A DNA stretch of 64,000 nucleotides from the sequence record LC727697.1; one strand, given 5' to 3'. The position numbers were made by a program, and so were the translations under genes. Shown piece by piece: positions 19,004 through 29,237 of this stretch; position 1 is the stretch's first letter; each line of letters starts with the position of its first letter. This DNA comes from Pseudomonas phage sp. 30-2. The notes under the pieces are model-generated. The model saw nothing but the letters and a program-made list of their open reading frames with translations. It made no database searches and was not told the origin of the DNA.

Positions 19004-19245
19004 CAGATAATTGGACTAAAATATATAAAAGATATTCTTATATTTTCCATGTAGTGAATTTATTAATGGCTATTGCACAATACGGTGTTCCAGCAATTAT
19101 TGGATTTAGTTCTTTGATAGAAACTCACGTATTTATAGGATTAGTATGTTTGTTTAGTATACTAGGTATTGCAGGAAGTTATATAAAACAGAATATAAAA
19201 GATAAAATAAACCCATGCGACTCGGACAATAAAAAAGCAGCTTAA
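18982..19245 (+). CDS. holin, probably a pinholin (two TMDs), 87 aa
   Basis: GAGAGGAA RBS. Two TMDs (VVNLLMAIAQYGVPAIIGF and VFIGLVCLFSILGIAGSYI). Immediately follows and overlaps the SAR endolysin gene. Confidence 0.5.
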   Translation: MFRKLKLTDNWTKIYKRYSYIFHVVNLLMAIAQYGVPAIIGFSSLIETHVFIGLVCLFSILGIAGSYIKQNIKDKINPCDSDNKKAA

Positions 19246-19258
19246 GGCTGCTTTTTTG
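19231..19258. terminator. bidirectional terminator AAAAAAGCAGCTTAAGGCTGCTTTTTT
   Basis: Hairpin between the convergent holin (plus) and o-spanin (minus) genes. The holin TAA lies in the loop. Confidence 0.6.
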
Positions 19259-19571
19259 TTTCTAAGTCATTCGCAGTAGGATATAGTTTTTTAACTTCAG
19301 ATTTCCAAAGTTCTATATCTTTCATATTTTTATTACAAGAATTTTTAATTATAGATTTTAGTTTTTTAACCGAACCTACCGCTTCGCCATACGTATCGGG
19401 ATTTTCATTTTCGTAACAATATACTATAAGAGAATCTGGCGGAAGAACAGGAACTATTTCCTTTTCTATCACTACAGATTTAACTGGTTTAGTTTGCGAG
19501 CATCCAGTTGCGTAAAGCAGGATCAATCCTGACAGTAGAGCATAACACACTTTGATCATTTGGTGCCTCAT
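19242..19571 (-). CDS. o-spanin (outer-membrane lipoprotein, Rz1-like)
   Basis: Lipobox LLYATGCSQ, Pro-rich, about 100 aa. Overlaps the i-spanin gene out of frame (19489-19571). Confidence 0.55.
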   Translation of the reverse strand: MRHQMIKVCYALLSGLILLYATGCSQTKPVKSVVIEKEIVPVLPPDSLIVYCYENENPDTYGEAVGSVKKLKSIIKNSCNKNMKDIELWKSEVKKLYPTANDLETKKQP

Positions 19572-19899
19572 TCTTTCTACGTTCTATTAATTCATTTAAC
19601 TGAGATTTAGTATCTTGTAATTGTTTTTCTAAAGCAGCATGTGATTCTGCTTTTTGTTTGGCTATAGATTCTTCATATAATCTAAGTTGAATATATGTTT
19701 CAATCTTTTTATTTTGTTCAGAAATAGTTAACTGCAATGAATTATTATCATTAGTTAACGTTTCTATAGATTGTTCAAGAGATTTATTTACACTAATAAG
19801 CTTTTGATATTTTTGATATGAGAGCGTTATTGCTAACGATATTATACCTATGCAAACTACATAAGCAAATACTCTCGAAGTTAAAATAGTTTCTATCAT
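19489..19899 (-). CDS. i-spanin (Rz-like: N-terminal TMD plus coiled coil), 136 aa
   Basis: TMD VFAYVVCIGIISLAITL followed by a long coiled coil. GGTGAT SD before the ATG at 19899 (the track start at 19908 is GTG). Overlapped Rz/Rz1 architecture. Confidence 0.55.
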   Translation of the reverse strand: MIETILTSRVFAYVVCIGIISLAITLSYQKYQKLISVNKSLEQSIETLTNDNNSLQLTISEQNKKIETYIQLRLYEESIAKQKAESHAALEKQLQDTKSQLNELIERRKNEAPNDQSVLCSTVRIDPALRNWMLAN

Positions 19900-20667
19900 T
19901 ATTATCACCGTAGTAAATGATAATAATATTTACTATTTAATTATCATTATTATAGCGGTTGGTAATTTTACCAAACGGCTTATAATCAGTATTATTTTTT
20001 TTAGGTTCAGATTTCTTATTATTTAACCTGTCACCGGTTTCTTCATCTCTATAATCTTCTCTATCTTCGTATGTATCTAACGATTTTTTATTAAATTTAG
20101 TCATCAGTTAATTCCTTAATTTGCATATTTTATTGTTAACTAAACAAGTTAAACATACATGTTTATGTAGGGCTAATTATATAGCATATATAATACATTA
20201 ATTAAACCCAAGGTTTTAACGCAATTACTTTTAGAAACAGTTTTAGAAAAGAACCTCGTCTTTAATCACATTTATTTCTTTTACACAATAACTCTATAAT
20301 AAAAATGCACTGGGCACCACCCCCGGCCATCAACAAAACTTAAAGATATCAGCAGTTGCAAACTAAAAATGCTGACGGCGGCGTATGTCTAAAATATGAT
20401 ATCGTTATTTCGAACATACACATCCACTACTATCCGTGCCAGATAGCCTTACCTCGGCGTAAGGGACCTATTTCAGATCATACTAGATCAATGTCGGCAC
20501 TACGATTGCCCATCGCTGTATGCGACTCACCATACAGTGCTTGGTATATATGCAAATGTATTGCATACACTACAAATTATATTACACCCAGTTAAATTAA
20601 ACAACTATATTTTATGTTTTATAAAAGAAAATAAATATAATTTCATAAATTTACCTAAAATTACTAT

Positions 20668-20675
20668 GATAAATA
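20668..20675 (+). promoter_or_regulatory. late-promoter-like motif GATAAATA upstream of the tail-fibre operon
   Basis: 24 nt upstream of the ATG at 20700. Confidence 0.4.
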
Positions 20676-20699
20676 TCATAAAGAATATTGAGCATTGTC

Positions 20700-23063
20700 A
20701 TGGGTTACGAATTACGTTTATCAAATAATTATTACCAAAATAGAGAACTAACTTCTTTTCCTAGTTACCAAGAAGTTGTTTCCGATTGGTCAAAAGCTAC
20801 ATCAGTTAACTTGTATGATGCATGGGAAGGAAAAGCAATAGGCGGCGTCACTGCAGGATGGTCAGCTACTTCTATTCTTTCCTACACAAGAACTCCTGAT
20901 CCTATATCAACCAATGCAGCATCGTTATATAGCTATGCGCTATACATGGATCAAGTTAGTGATTTTAATATTACAATAAAAATATCTAGTAGTTCTATAA
21001 GAAATAACAGGTTAGGTTTGTGTGTTGCTGGACAAAAAGGAAAATATATATCTGCTGTCCGGTCATTAGGTAACACATCTAGTAGCGGATCTGGAAGGAA
21101 TTGGGAACTAATTTTAGATAACAATAAAACTAGAACGATTCTTTCTAGTAAAACAATAGGAATTAATAGTCCTGCTGGGGCTACTTCTACATCATCTACA
21201 GGGTATCTCGGTTGGTCAAATAGATATACAATTATTAATGTAATTAGAGAAAATAATAAAATAACAGCTAAGTGTTCCGACTGGAATTCTAACGTAATAT
21301 TAGATAACTCGGCGTTTACTATAGATCTAAACGATGATACACTAACTGATTTTAAAACATCTGCATTATTTGGATTTGTATCAGGTAATCAGGATTTATG
21401 TACTTTCGAGGTATTATCTTTTTCTGCAAAGTGCTATAACAAGATTCCAGGATTAAATGTACCCGATAACTATATTTCTTCTAACTTACTTTCTATATCT
21501 ATGCCAGGATATAATTCGGCAGGTTACGAAAAAGCATTTAGTGAATCCATGATATGGATGGTAGAAAACTTTGCTAGTTCTTCTCCTCCCCAAAATGCTA
21601 TAAAAGGACAACTATGGTATAAAACAGAAGGACCCGGTACACAAGGATCATTTTATGTATATGTAGGAGAACCTGGCGAATTTACAAATCTAGCAAAATG
21701 GCATCCATTAACTCAGGGCACATTAGATTTACTTAGTGCTCACATTAATGATAAAAACGACCCTCATCGAGTTACAAAAGAACAGATAGGGCTAGGGTTA
21801 GTAGATAACGTAAATACATTCGATAAAACACTGAACCTAGCAGATGTTTTAAATAAGGCAGCCGCTAGAAATAATTTATCTATATATGGTAAAAACGAAA
21901 CATACAATTCCCAAGAATATAATAATCTATTTGTAGATAAATCAAATAGTTCTTCTCCAGATTCAGAATTACTAGGCGGGTTAGATAGCACAGCTTACGT
22001 TAAAAAACAAACACCGTTTGTTACTTCGTCTATAACTTCATCTGTTACATCAGGAGATGTAATAGTAATGAATGATAATAGTTTCAGATTAGCATATAAA
22101 CCTAATTATGGAACTAGTCTAATACTAGGCGGTACTGTTACAGATATTCATTCTCAAAATAATACTACTGCTGTTAGTATGAATATGGTTACTAACAATA
22201 CATTAGATAACGGAATACAGTTTGTCTTCTATGATGCTGGTGCAATAAATACACCATTAGTAGCAAATAGTATCATATCATTTAAAGCAGACAATCTATA
22301 TATAGGTTCTGGTAATTTAGCATTCCACGACAGACGGCCACCGACCGCTGCCGAAGTAGGAGCATTGGCGTGGAACGGTACTGCCGTAGATTCATATTTA
22401 CTTAACGGTAAAATAAATTCAACTAGTCCGGGTGCCAACACAATAGCAGTAAGATATACGCCTTCTAATCTTCCTGATGCAAACGGCGGGTATCTATCTG
22501 CATCTTCATTTAGTATGACATACACTAATGCAGACCCTATGTCAGTGAATGCCCAAGTAACATTTAGAAACAATAATACTAATGACAATTATGTTCGTTT
22601 TGCTAGCAGGGACCAATTAGTAACTTATTTAGGATATGACTGGAAAGTAGAAATAGATATGCCAAAAGGTCTAGCATCATTCTCAGACACAAATCTTACT
22701 GGCGGCTCCTTCTTTGTAATAAACACTTTAAACTTATCTATAACAAAATTAGGAACAGGATTATATAGATTCTATTTTACTACTTTGCGTCCAACAAATA
22801 CAAATTATGCTGTTATGACACAATGTATGTCAGAGGGGCATGTAGGTGCCATAGAGGGAGATGTTGTTAACTATTCTAAAGCATTTAGAGCAGTGTCTAT
22901 ATATTGCTATAACAAAACATTATCATACTTTGACGTTGCTAGTACATTAAACAGTAACTTTAATAACAACGACGGAACCGGTTATCAAGATTATTCGAGG
23001 GAATATGACGATCCGGGATTAGCATCATTACAAGTATATTTTTCATCCTGGGTAAATCTATAA
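20700..23063 (+). CDS. tail fibre protein 1 (about 787 aa), paralog of the next two genes
   Basis: The track start at 20688 is TTG; the first ATG is at 20700. Shared module MIWMVENFASSSPPQNAIKGQLWY...NDPHRVTKEQIGLGLVDNVNTFDKTLNLADVLN (phage tail-fibre-repeat-like GLGxVxN motif). C-terminal ITKLGTGLYRFYF. Confidence 0.7.
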   Translation: MGYELRLSNNYYQNRELTSFPSYQEVVSDWSKATSVNLYDAWEGKAIGGVTAGWSATSILSYTRTPDPISTNAASLYSYALYMDQVSDFNITIKISSSSIRNNRLGLCVAGQKGKYISAVRSLGNTSSSGSGRNWELILDNNKTRTILSSKTIGINSPAGATSTSSTGYLGWSNRYTIINVIRENNKITAKCSDWNSNVILDNSAFTIDLNDDTLTDFKTSALFGFVSGNQDLCTFEVLSFSAKCYNKIPGLNVPDNYISSNLLSISMPGYNSAGYEKAFSESMIWMVENFASSSPPQNAIKGQLWYKTEGPGTQGSFYVYVGEPGEFTNLAKWHPLTQGTLDLLSAHINDKNDPHRVTKEQIGLGLVDNVNTFDKTLNLADVLNKAAARNNLSIYGKNETYNSQEYNNLFVDKSNSSSPDSELLGGLDSTAYVKKQTPFVTSSITSSVTSGDVIVMNDNSFRLAYKPNYGTSLILGGTVTDIHSQNNTTAVSMNMVTNNTLDNGIQFVFYDAGAINTPLVANSIISFKADNLYIGSGNLAFHDRRPPTAAEVGALAWNGTAVDSYLLNGKINSTSPGANTIAVRYTPSNLPDANGGYLSASSFSMTYTNADPMSVNAQVTFRNNNTNDNYVRFASRDQLVTYLGYDWKVEIDMPKGLASFSDTNLTGGSFFVINTLNLSITKLGTGLYRFYFTTLRPTNTNYAVMTQCMSEGHVGAIEGDVVNYSKAFRAVSIYCYNKTLSYFDVASTLNSNFNNNDGTGYQDYSREYDDPGLASLQVYFSSWVNL

Positions 23064-24661
23064 TGCCTTACACTATTAAACGTTATTCATCTGTCAACGG
23101 CGGCTCTTCTAAACCAAATAAAACCGTTAACGATATACAAATAGACAATACGTACTCTTCTATTGGACTAATAGGATCGTATAATGAATCTTACAAAAGT
23201 CAGTTCTTCCAGAATATGCTATGGAAGATGGAAAATTTTAGTCACACTATTGCTCCGTTAAATCCGATAGAAGGTCAATTATGGTTTAATCCAGATGAAA
23301 AAAGTGTTAAAGTTTACATAAGTAATGATAAACCTACGTCTGTTTCTTCCGATTGGAAAAATCTAGGATCTACTATTTTAAATGAACTAACAGATCACGA
23401 ATCAAGAACAGGCATTAACGATCCCCACGAGACAACAAAAGAACAAGTGGGATTGGGAAATGTTCCTAATGTTTACACATTCAATAAAACATTAAATCTT
23501 GCAGATGTATTAGATGCATCTATATGCAGATCTAATTTAGAAGTATACGGGACTTCAGAAACTTACAATAAAACTACTGTAAACAATCTTTTTATGACAA
23601 AAGGTGGTACAGTAAATAATACTGACAGATTAGATGGCTTAACTAGTGCTGATTTTGTCCTTGTAGACAACCCTGTTGTTTATAGAACATTTGATACAAC
23701 CAGTATAATAACTAATACTGCGTTAACGTATAATAACTCTAAAGGTTCTATAGTAGTTAACACAGGTGCAGGAAATATAGAGTTGCTGTCCGGAATAAGA
23801 TCAGACGGAAGAATTGCATCTGCAAACGATACTGGTGCTATGTTATCGTTTATTAACGATAATAGTGATCCTATGGTTACCATGGTTGTATTTAATCGTG
23901 CTACTGCAAACAATCAAACAGCACAACCAGTAAGATCATATAGATTTACAAAAACTAATTTAATAATAGACTACGATACTAATCCTAGTGAAATGTATCA
24001 TACAGGGAGAATACCGTCTAACGCTGCTGTTGGTTCACTTCCACTAAACGGAAAGGCTGTCAATACATTATTATTAAATGGCATGTATCAATCTAGCAGT
24101 CCAAATGACAATGCAGTTGCATTAAGAGATGGTGCAGGAGATGTACATGTTAGACACATTCAAGTTTCTAATCCAGACGAAAATATAGAAACAGGAAATT
24201 TAATTCTATTTAGAAATTCAAATACAAGCGATAACTATGTTAGACGAGCAAATGTCTCTTCATTCCAGTCATGGTTTAGGGCTAACGAACCGAAAGGTGT
24301 AGTTAAAGCTTGGATACAATTTAACGGAATAACAGGTTCTACTTATAAGTCACACAACTGTACACTAACTAAACTAGGTACAGGGAAATATAGAATATAT
24401 TACAATTCATTTTCTACGCCTGCTGCGGGTTCTGTTGTTCCGTTTGTAGGAGTTACTAGTGACGGTCAAATATCTACCGGTATGGCTGCTGGCACTGGGA
24501 GACTTAGCTACAATTCATCATTGGTATATTTAAGAAGCACTACTTATACAGATTTAGAATTCTTCAGAACATACAATATTAATTATAATAACTATTCTTT
24601 AGATTCGTTTACTAATGTATACGCAGATGCTAACAACATAACATTTACATGGTTCTTCTAA
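23063..24661 (+). CDS. tail fibre protein 2 (532 aa)
   Basis: Shared module MLWKMENFSHTIAPLNPIEGQLWF...NDPHETTKEQVGLGNVPNVYTFNKTLNLADVLD. C-terminal LTKLGTGKYRIYY. TAATG overlap with the upstream gene. Confidence 0.7.
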   Translation: MPYTIKRYSSVNGGSSKPNKTVNDIQIDNTYSSIGLIGSYNESYKSQFFQNMLWKMENFSHTIAPLNPIEGQLWFNPDEKSVKVYISNDKPTSVSSDWKNLGSTILNELTDHESRTGINDPHETTKEQVGLGNVPNVYTFNKTLNLADVLDASICRSNLEVYGTSETYNKTTVNNLFMTKGGTVNNTDRLDGLTSADFVLVDNPVVYRTFDTTSIITNTALTYNNSKGSIVVNTGAGNIELLSGIRSDGRIASANDTGAMLSFINDNSDPMVTMVVFNRATANNQTAQPVRSYRFTKTNLIIDYDTNPSEMYHTGRIPSNAAVGSLPLNGKAVNTLLLNGMYQSSSPNDNAVALRDGAGDVHVRHIQVSNPDENIETGNLILFRNSNTSDNYVRRANVSSFQSWFRANEPKGVVKAWIQFNGITGSTYKSHNCTLTKLGTGKYRIYYNSFSTPAAGSVVPFVGVTSDGQISTGMAAGTGRLSYNSSLVYLRSTTYTDLEFFRTYNINYNNYSLDSFTNVYADANNITFTWFF

Positions 24662-24662
24662 T

Positions 24663-26198
24663 ATGAATTACAGAGTAAAACATTATCGATATAGATTAAT
24701 CGACGGCGGTTATTTAGTCAGAGATTTAAAAAAAAATACAGAAACTTCATTAGTATTTACAGGAACTTATGTAAAATCATATGTACAAGATGTTGGTGAG
24801 AATTTAATTAATATATTAAATAATTTCTCATATCATCTTCCACCGGTATCTGCCGTAACAGGGCAGTTATGGTGGAAAGAAAATACAAGGCAAATGTACA
24901 TATTCCCTGGACCAAATGGATTAGATAGTACAAATATAAATAACTGGGTTCCTATTACTAAATTCGAAGAAGATGCAGTATGGGCTCATATTACTAACTA
25001 TAATAACCCTCACTTAGTAGACAAATATTCAGTAAAACTAGATAAATTAGAAAATTACCCTATATTCGATAAATCTAAAAATTTTGCAGACGTATTAAAC
25101 GCAAGTTCTGCTAGAACAAATTTAGGTGTTTTCGGTAAGGATGTTACTTACACTAAAGCAGAAGCAGATGCTTTATTTCTAAAGAAAACAGATAAAGCAG
25201 CAAACTCGAATAATTTAAACGGAATACCTGCTGCAAAATTTATGAAGGTTGCTGCTCCTGTGGCAAATGCAGCCATCAATGTAACACCTTCTGACGGATT
25301 AATGTCGTTTAGATCAGGAAAATCATACTTAGAATCCAGGGGTATTTCTAACGGTCTATCTATTAATAATACAATAGCTACTAACAATTCATCAGCTACT
25401 ATATTAGAATTAAATAATACTACTCTTAGTACATCATCTGTTTTTATTAAACTGTATAATAGAGGCTCACTTAATACAGCTCCTGTTCTAGCATTACAAT
25501 ATAGATTATCTCCAAATCAACTATACATCGGAAATAATCAAGTATTTCATTTGGGATATAGACCGACGCCTGCACAAATAGGGGCTCTTCCTGTTAACGG
25601 TAAAGCATCAGATTCTGCTGCATTAGACGGTAGAATAAACTCTACACTTGCTACTCCGGGCACTGTAGTAGAGCGAGATTCCTCAGGTGCCATCACTGGT
25701 AGATTGTTAAGATCTACGGGCAACAATACTAGTGATCAATTTACTAGAAATAGCAAAATAGGTTTTGTAAGAAGTAATTCAAACAATACTATGAGATTTA
25801 CTCCGGCGCAAGCATTAAATGAATGGGCCGGATATAACACATTAATAAAAAAATCAAAAGGATGGATATCTTGGTCCGGTCCTACTGGCAGTAGACTAGA
25901 TTCCTGGAATTTAACAGTTAGTAAATTAGCATCGGGTCGATATAGAGTATATCTATCTGTGCCTGCGCCAGATACAAATTATGTAGTTGTATTAGGAAAC
26001 GCTGATGCAATGGTATGGAATAATCAACTAAATATAACTGAACAATGGGTAACAACAAAAACTACCACATATTTTGATGTTAACTGTAAAATAACAAAAG
26101 CAGATCACATAATAAATTACAATCCATCGGGTTGGACTAACAGATTCGGCGAAGATTATTTCGATGCACCGTTCTTCTCACTTGTAATATACTACTAA
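24663..26198 (+). CDS. tail fibre protein 3 (511 aa)
   Basis: NFSYHLPPVSAVTGQLWW...NNPHLVDKYSVKLDKLENYPIFDKSKNFADVLN. C-terminal TVSKLASGRYRVYL. Confidence 0.65.
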   Translation: MNYRVKHYRYRLIDGGYLVRDLKKNTETSLVFTGTYVKSYVQDVGENLINILNNFSYHLPPVSAVTGQLWWKENTRQMYIFPGPNGLDSTNINNWVPITKFEEDAVWAHITNYNNPHLVDKYSVKLDKLENYPIFDKSKNFADVLNASSARTNLGVFGKDVTYTKAEADALFLKKTDKAANSNNLNGIPAAKFMKVAAPVANAAINVTPSDGLMSFRSGKSYLESRGISNGLSINNTIATNNSSATILELNNTTLSTSSVFIKLYNRGSLNTAPVLALQYRLSPNQLYIGNNQVFHLGYRPTPAQIGALPVNGKASDSAALDGRINSTLATPGTVVERDSSGAITGRLLRSTGNNTSDQFTRNSKIGFVRSNSNNTMRFTPAQALNEWAGYNTLIKKSKGWISWSGPTGSRLDSWNLTVSKLASGRYRVYLSVPAPDTNYVVVLGNADAMVWNNQLNITEQWVTTKTTTYFDVNCKITKADHIINYNPSGWTNRFGEDYFDAPFFSLVIYY

Positions 26199-26211
26199 AG
26201 GATAGATACAC

Positions 26212-26709
26212 ATGAAAACCATCTTTTATACAAACCCTATCGACGAAACAAGGGTTGCTAAATTAATAACAGACAAATCTACAGAAGAATTATATACGCT
26301 GGGTATATTTAACGAAAATACCCAATATGTTATATACGATAAACTTCCCGACACTTTAGAACAACAATTTTTCGATTCATTAAAATTTGATAAAATACAA
26401 AATCCAACTAAAGTAGTAATAGATTTAGATTCTGCTGCAAATAAAACATTAAAAAATATAAGAACTGAAAGAAATATGGTTTTGGCTTCCCTCGACAGAG
26501 AAGCAGTTAAGTACATAACTAACCCCGATATATTATCTATTATAGAAAAAGATAAAGATATTTTACGAGACTTACCAGAAAAAATAGATTTTTCTAAAAT
26601 AAAAAAAGCACAAGATTTATTAAAAATAGAATTCCCCGAACTATCGGTTAATTATGAAAAAAAATACAACGATTTAAGAAAAAAGCAAAGAGAAAAAAAA
26701 GCAACCTAA
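26212..26709 (+). CDS. hypothetical protein downstream of the fibre genes (possible fibre assembly factor), 165 aa
   Basis: AAAGGA RBS. Last gene of the fibre operon before a terminator. Confidence 0.4.
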   Translation: MKTIFYTNPIDETRVAKLITDKSTEELYTLGIFNENTQYVIYDKLPDTLEQQFFDSLKFDKIQNPTKVVIDLDSAANKTLKNIRTERNMVLASLDREAVKYITNPDILSIIEKDKDILRDLPEKIDFSKIKKAQDLLKIEFPELSVNYEKKYNDLRKKQREKKAT

Positions 26710-26722
26710 GGTTGCTTTTTTA
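26693..26722 (+). terminator. terminator AAAAAAAAGCAACCTAAGGTTGCTTTTTTATT
   Basis: Hairpin with the TAA stop of 26212-26709 in the loop, followed by a T-run. Confidence 0.6.
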
Positions 26723-26748
26723 TTGAGATATTTTTGTTTATTTTATCA

Positions 26749-26756
26749 GATAAATA
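26749..26756 (+). promoter_or_regulatory. late-promoter-like motif GATAAATA
   Basis: 19 nt upstream of the ATG at 26776. Confidence 0.4.
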
Positions 26757-26775
26757 CCTATAACTAGGAGTTTAT

Positions 26776-27867
26776 ATGGCACGGTTATCACTTTGGAATC
26801 CTAACAAAGGAAAAGACTATAGTTTCGTAGACAGAACTGTAAAAGATTTTGTCGAAATGGGCGGTACTGGAATTATAGTTCACAAATATGTAGGGACAGG
26901 TAAAGGCGACGAAACTACAATAGAAGATATTTTATTTTTAGAAAATAGAAATAGAAAATATGATAGTAGTTTGTTTGACTTAAGGGGGTGTTATCAGCCG
27001 CAAAATTCTGAATTCGATTTATCACAGTTCGGTATATTTTTAACAAACGATACCATTTTCATAACATTTCATTATAATTCTATGCTAAATCAAATAGGTA
27101 GAAAATTAATGTCCGGTGATGTATTAGAATTACCGCATTTAAGAGATCCCGATACACTAGATATTAACGATCCTATATTAAATAGATATTATGTAATTCA
27201 AGATGCTACTCATTCTGCAGAAGGATATGGTCCGGGCTGGTGGTCTCATTTATGGAGAGTAAAAGCTCAACAACTAAAAGGCGGTCAAGAATACGAAGAT
27301 ATTATAGGAACCGACGGAACAGCAATAGGTCCCAACGGAGAAGAAATAGGTCCTGCCGGATGTTATGATGATAATAAATGCCCTATAACAAACGACGACA
27401 AATATCAGGACATAACAGACGGTATAATAGAAGAAGCAAGAAAAAATGTTATGTTCGATCCTACATGGTCAGATGCTGCACATCTCTGGATGGCAGAAAA
27501 AGAAAACGGTTCGTTCGAATTATTACTATGGACTGGAACTGGTGTGCCGCCAAATGCATACAAACTAAAAGGGTCTGGTACAGAATTTCCAGATGATATG
27601 CAAGAGGGAGAATTCTTTTTAAGAACAGACTTCAAGCCAGACAGATTATTTAGAAAAGTAGGAAATCGCTATATAAAAATAGAAGATGATGCTAGGAGAA
27701 AATGGACTCCTGTAAATATGCTATTAGATACATTCATTGATAACACAAACATTGTTACAAATAATGATTGTACTACAGCACCAGAAAAACAAGCACTATC
27801 TAAAGCAGTAAAAGCCAGAGTAAATCTAAACGAAGATAAACTCAACGAAATATACGGTAAAAAATAA
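26776..27867 (+). CDS. virion structural protein (baseplate/fibre-attachment module), 363 aa
   Basis: AGGAG RBS. Context between the fibre genes. No catalytic motif found. Confidence 0.4.
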   Translation: MARLSLWNPNKGKDYSFVDRTVKDFVEMGGTGIIVHKYVGTGKGDETTIEDILFLENRNRKYDSSLFDLRGCYQPQNSEFDLSQFGIFLTNDTIFITFHYNSMLNQIGRKLMSGDVLELPHLRDPDTLDINDPILNRYYVIQDATHSAEGYGPGWWSHLWRVKAQQLKGGQEYEDIIGTDGTAIGPNGEEIGPAGCYDDNKCPITNDDKYQDITDGIIEEARKNVMFDPTWSDAAHLWMAEKENGSFELLLWTGTGVPPNAYKLKGSGTEFPDDMQEGEFFLRTDFKPDRLFRKVGNRYIKIEDDARRKWTPVNMLLDTFIDNTNIVTNNDCTTAPEKQALSKAVKARVNLNEDKLNEIYGKK

Positions 27868-29237
27868 TGAACTATTTTTACGACGAGCAGTTAAGACGAT
27901 ATCTTTTACAGTTTCTACGAGTTTTTTCAGATATAAACATAAGAACTGCACCTGACGATAACGGCGTATCTATTCAAAAAAGAGTCCCAGTTATATACGG
28001 AGATATGTCTAGACAAGTTGCATCTATTATTAACGGAAATAATCAAAATACAGTAATACCTGTGCCTATTATGGCAGGTTATATCACTGGTTTAGATTTG
28101 GCACCAGATTATCGGGTTGATACACAAGGGGTAAAAGTATCTAATGTTACGGAATTAGCTACAGATGCAAATGGTAGTTATATTAACAAACCCGGAAATA
28201 GATACACAGTTGAAGCATATATGCCTGTGCCTTATAAACTAACAACACGATTAGATATATTGACTTCTAATACAGATAATAAATTACAAATTTTAGAACA
28301 AATATTAGTATTATTTAACCCTAGTATACAGCTAGAACAAAATCAAAACCCCTTAGATTGGTCTAGAATATTTGAATTAGAATTAAAAGAAACACAATGG
28401 TCTAACAGGACTATACCTGTAGGGACATCTACTGACTACGATATATCGTCTCTTATATTTCAAATGATTGTATATATAAATCCACCAGCTAAAGTTAAAA
28501 AACAAAAGATAATCAATACAATCATAAGTAACATTTATACAGATAGTTTTTCTGATATAAAAAGTACGACCGATTTCTTTAATGTAACTCCCGGTACAGT
28601 TAAAGAACAGTTATGTGTGACACCCGGAAACTATGGTCTAAGAGTAATTGATAACAAACTAACATTACTTAATACATACGGAGATGTATCATCCGATTCG
28701 TGGGACAAATTACTTAATATATACGGTTCAGTTGAACAAAATGTTACTACAGTTAAACTCATTCAGGGAAATATAGATAATCCCGATATAGAAATAATAG
28801 GATATATAGAACCTTCGTCTACAAATACAACTACATTTACCCCAATAGACGAAACTTTGCCTTCTGCTACTATTCCGCCTATAAATAGAATTATAGATCC
28901 ATCTAAAATGTTTCCTGGAAATAAATTACCAGAAGCACAAATAGGCCAAAGATACATGGTACTAAATTCGTTAACTAAAGGAGAAGAACCTGCAATAAAA
29001 AATTCATACCCATGGGGTAATAGTTTTGTTGCATACGATTCTGATATAATAGAATATACAGGAACACAATGGGTAGTTACATTTAATGCAAGAGTAACAA
29101 ATAATAGTCCTGTGTATGTTAGAAATTTATACGATAAAGAATTATACAAATTTAAAGATAGAGAATGGCAATATGGATACGCAGGGGATTATAAAGCAGG
29201 ATATTGGCGCGTCGATAACATCTGCTCAATTAGCTAA
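27867..29237 (+). CDS. virion structural protein, 456 aa
   Basis: TAATG coupling to the upstream gene. Context only. Confidence 0.4.
   Translation: MNYFYDEQLRRYLLQFLRVFSDINIRTAPDDNGVSIQKRVPVIYGDMSRQVASIINGNNQNTVIPVPIMAGYITGLDLAPDYRVDTQGVKVSNVTELATDANGSYINKPGNRYTVEAYMPVPYKLTTRLDILTSNTDNKLQILEQILVLFNPSIQLEQNQNPLDWSRIFELELKETQWSNRTIPVGTSTDYDISSLIFQMIVYINPPAKVKKQKIINTIISNIYTDSFSDIKSTTDFFNVTPGTVKEQLCVTPGNYGLRVIDNKLTLLNTYGDVSSDSWDKLLNIYGSVEQNVTTVKLIQGNIDNPDIEIIGYIEPSSTNTTTFTPIDETLPSATIPPINRIIDPSKMFPGNKLPEAQIGQRYMVLNSLTKGEEPAIKNSYPWGNSFVAYDSDIIEYTGTQWVVTFNARVTNNSPVYVRNLYDKELYKFKDREWQYGYAGDYKAGYWRVDNICSIS

Noticed and set aside
20356-20595. 79-aa ORF in the fibre-operon leader
   Set aside because: Cys/His-rich low-complexity translation. 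No RBS. Lies in a GC-rich hairpin region. Better explained as non-coding.
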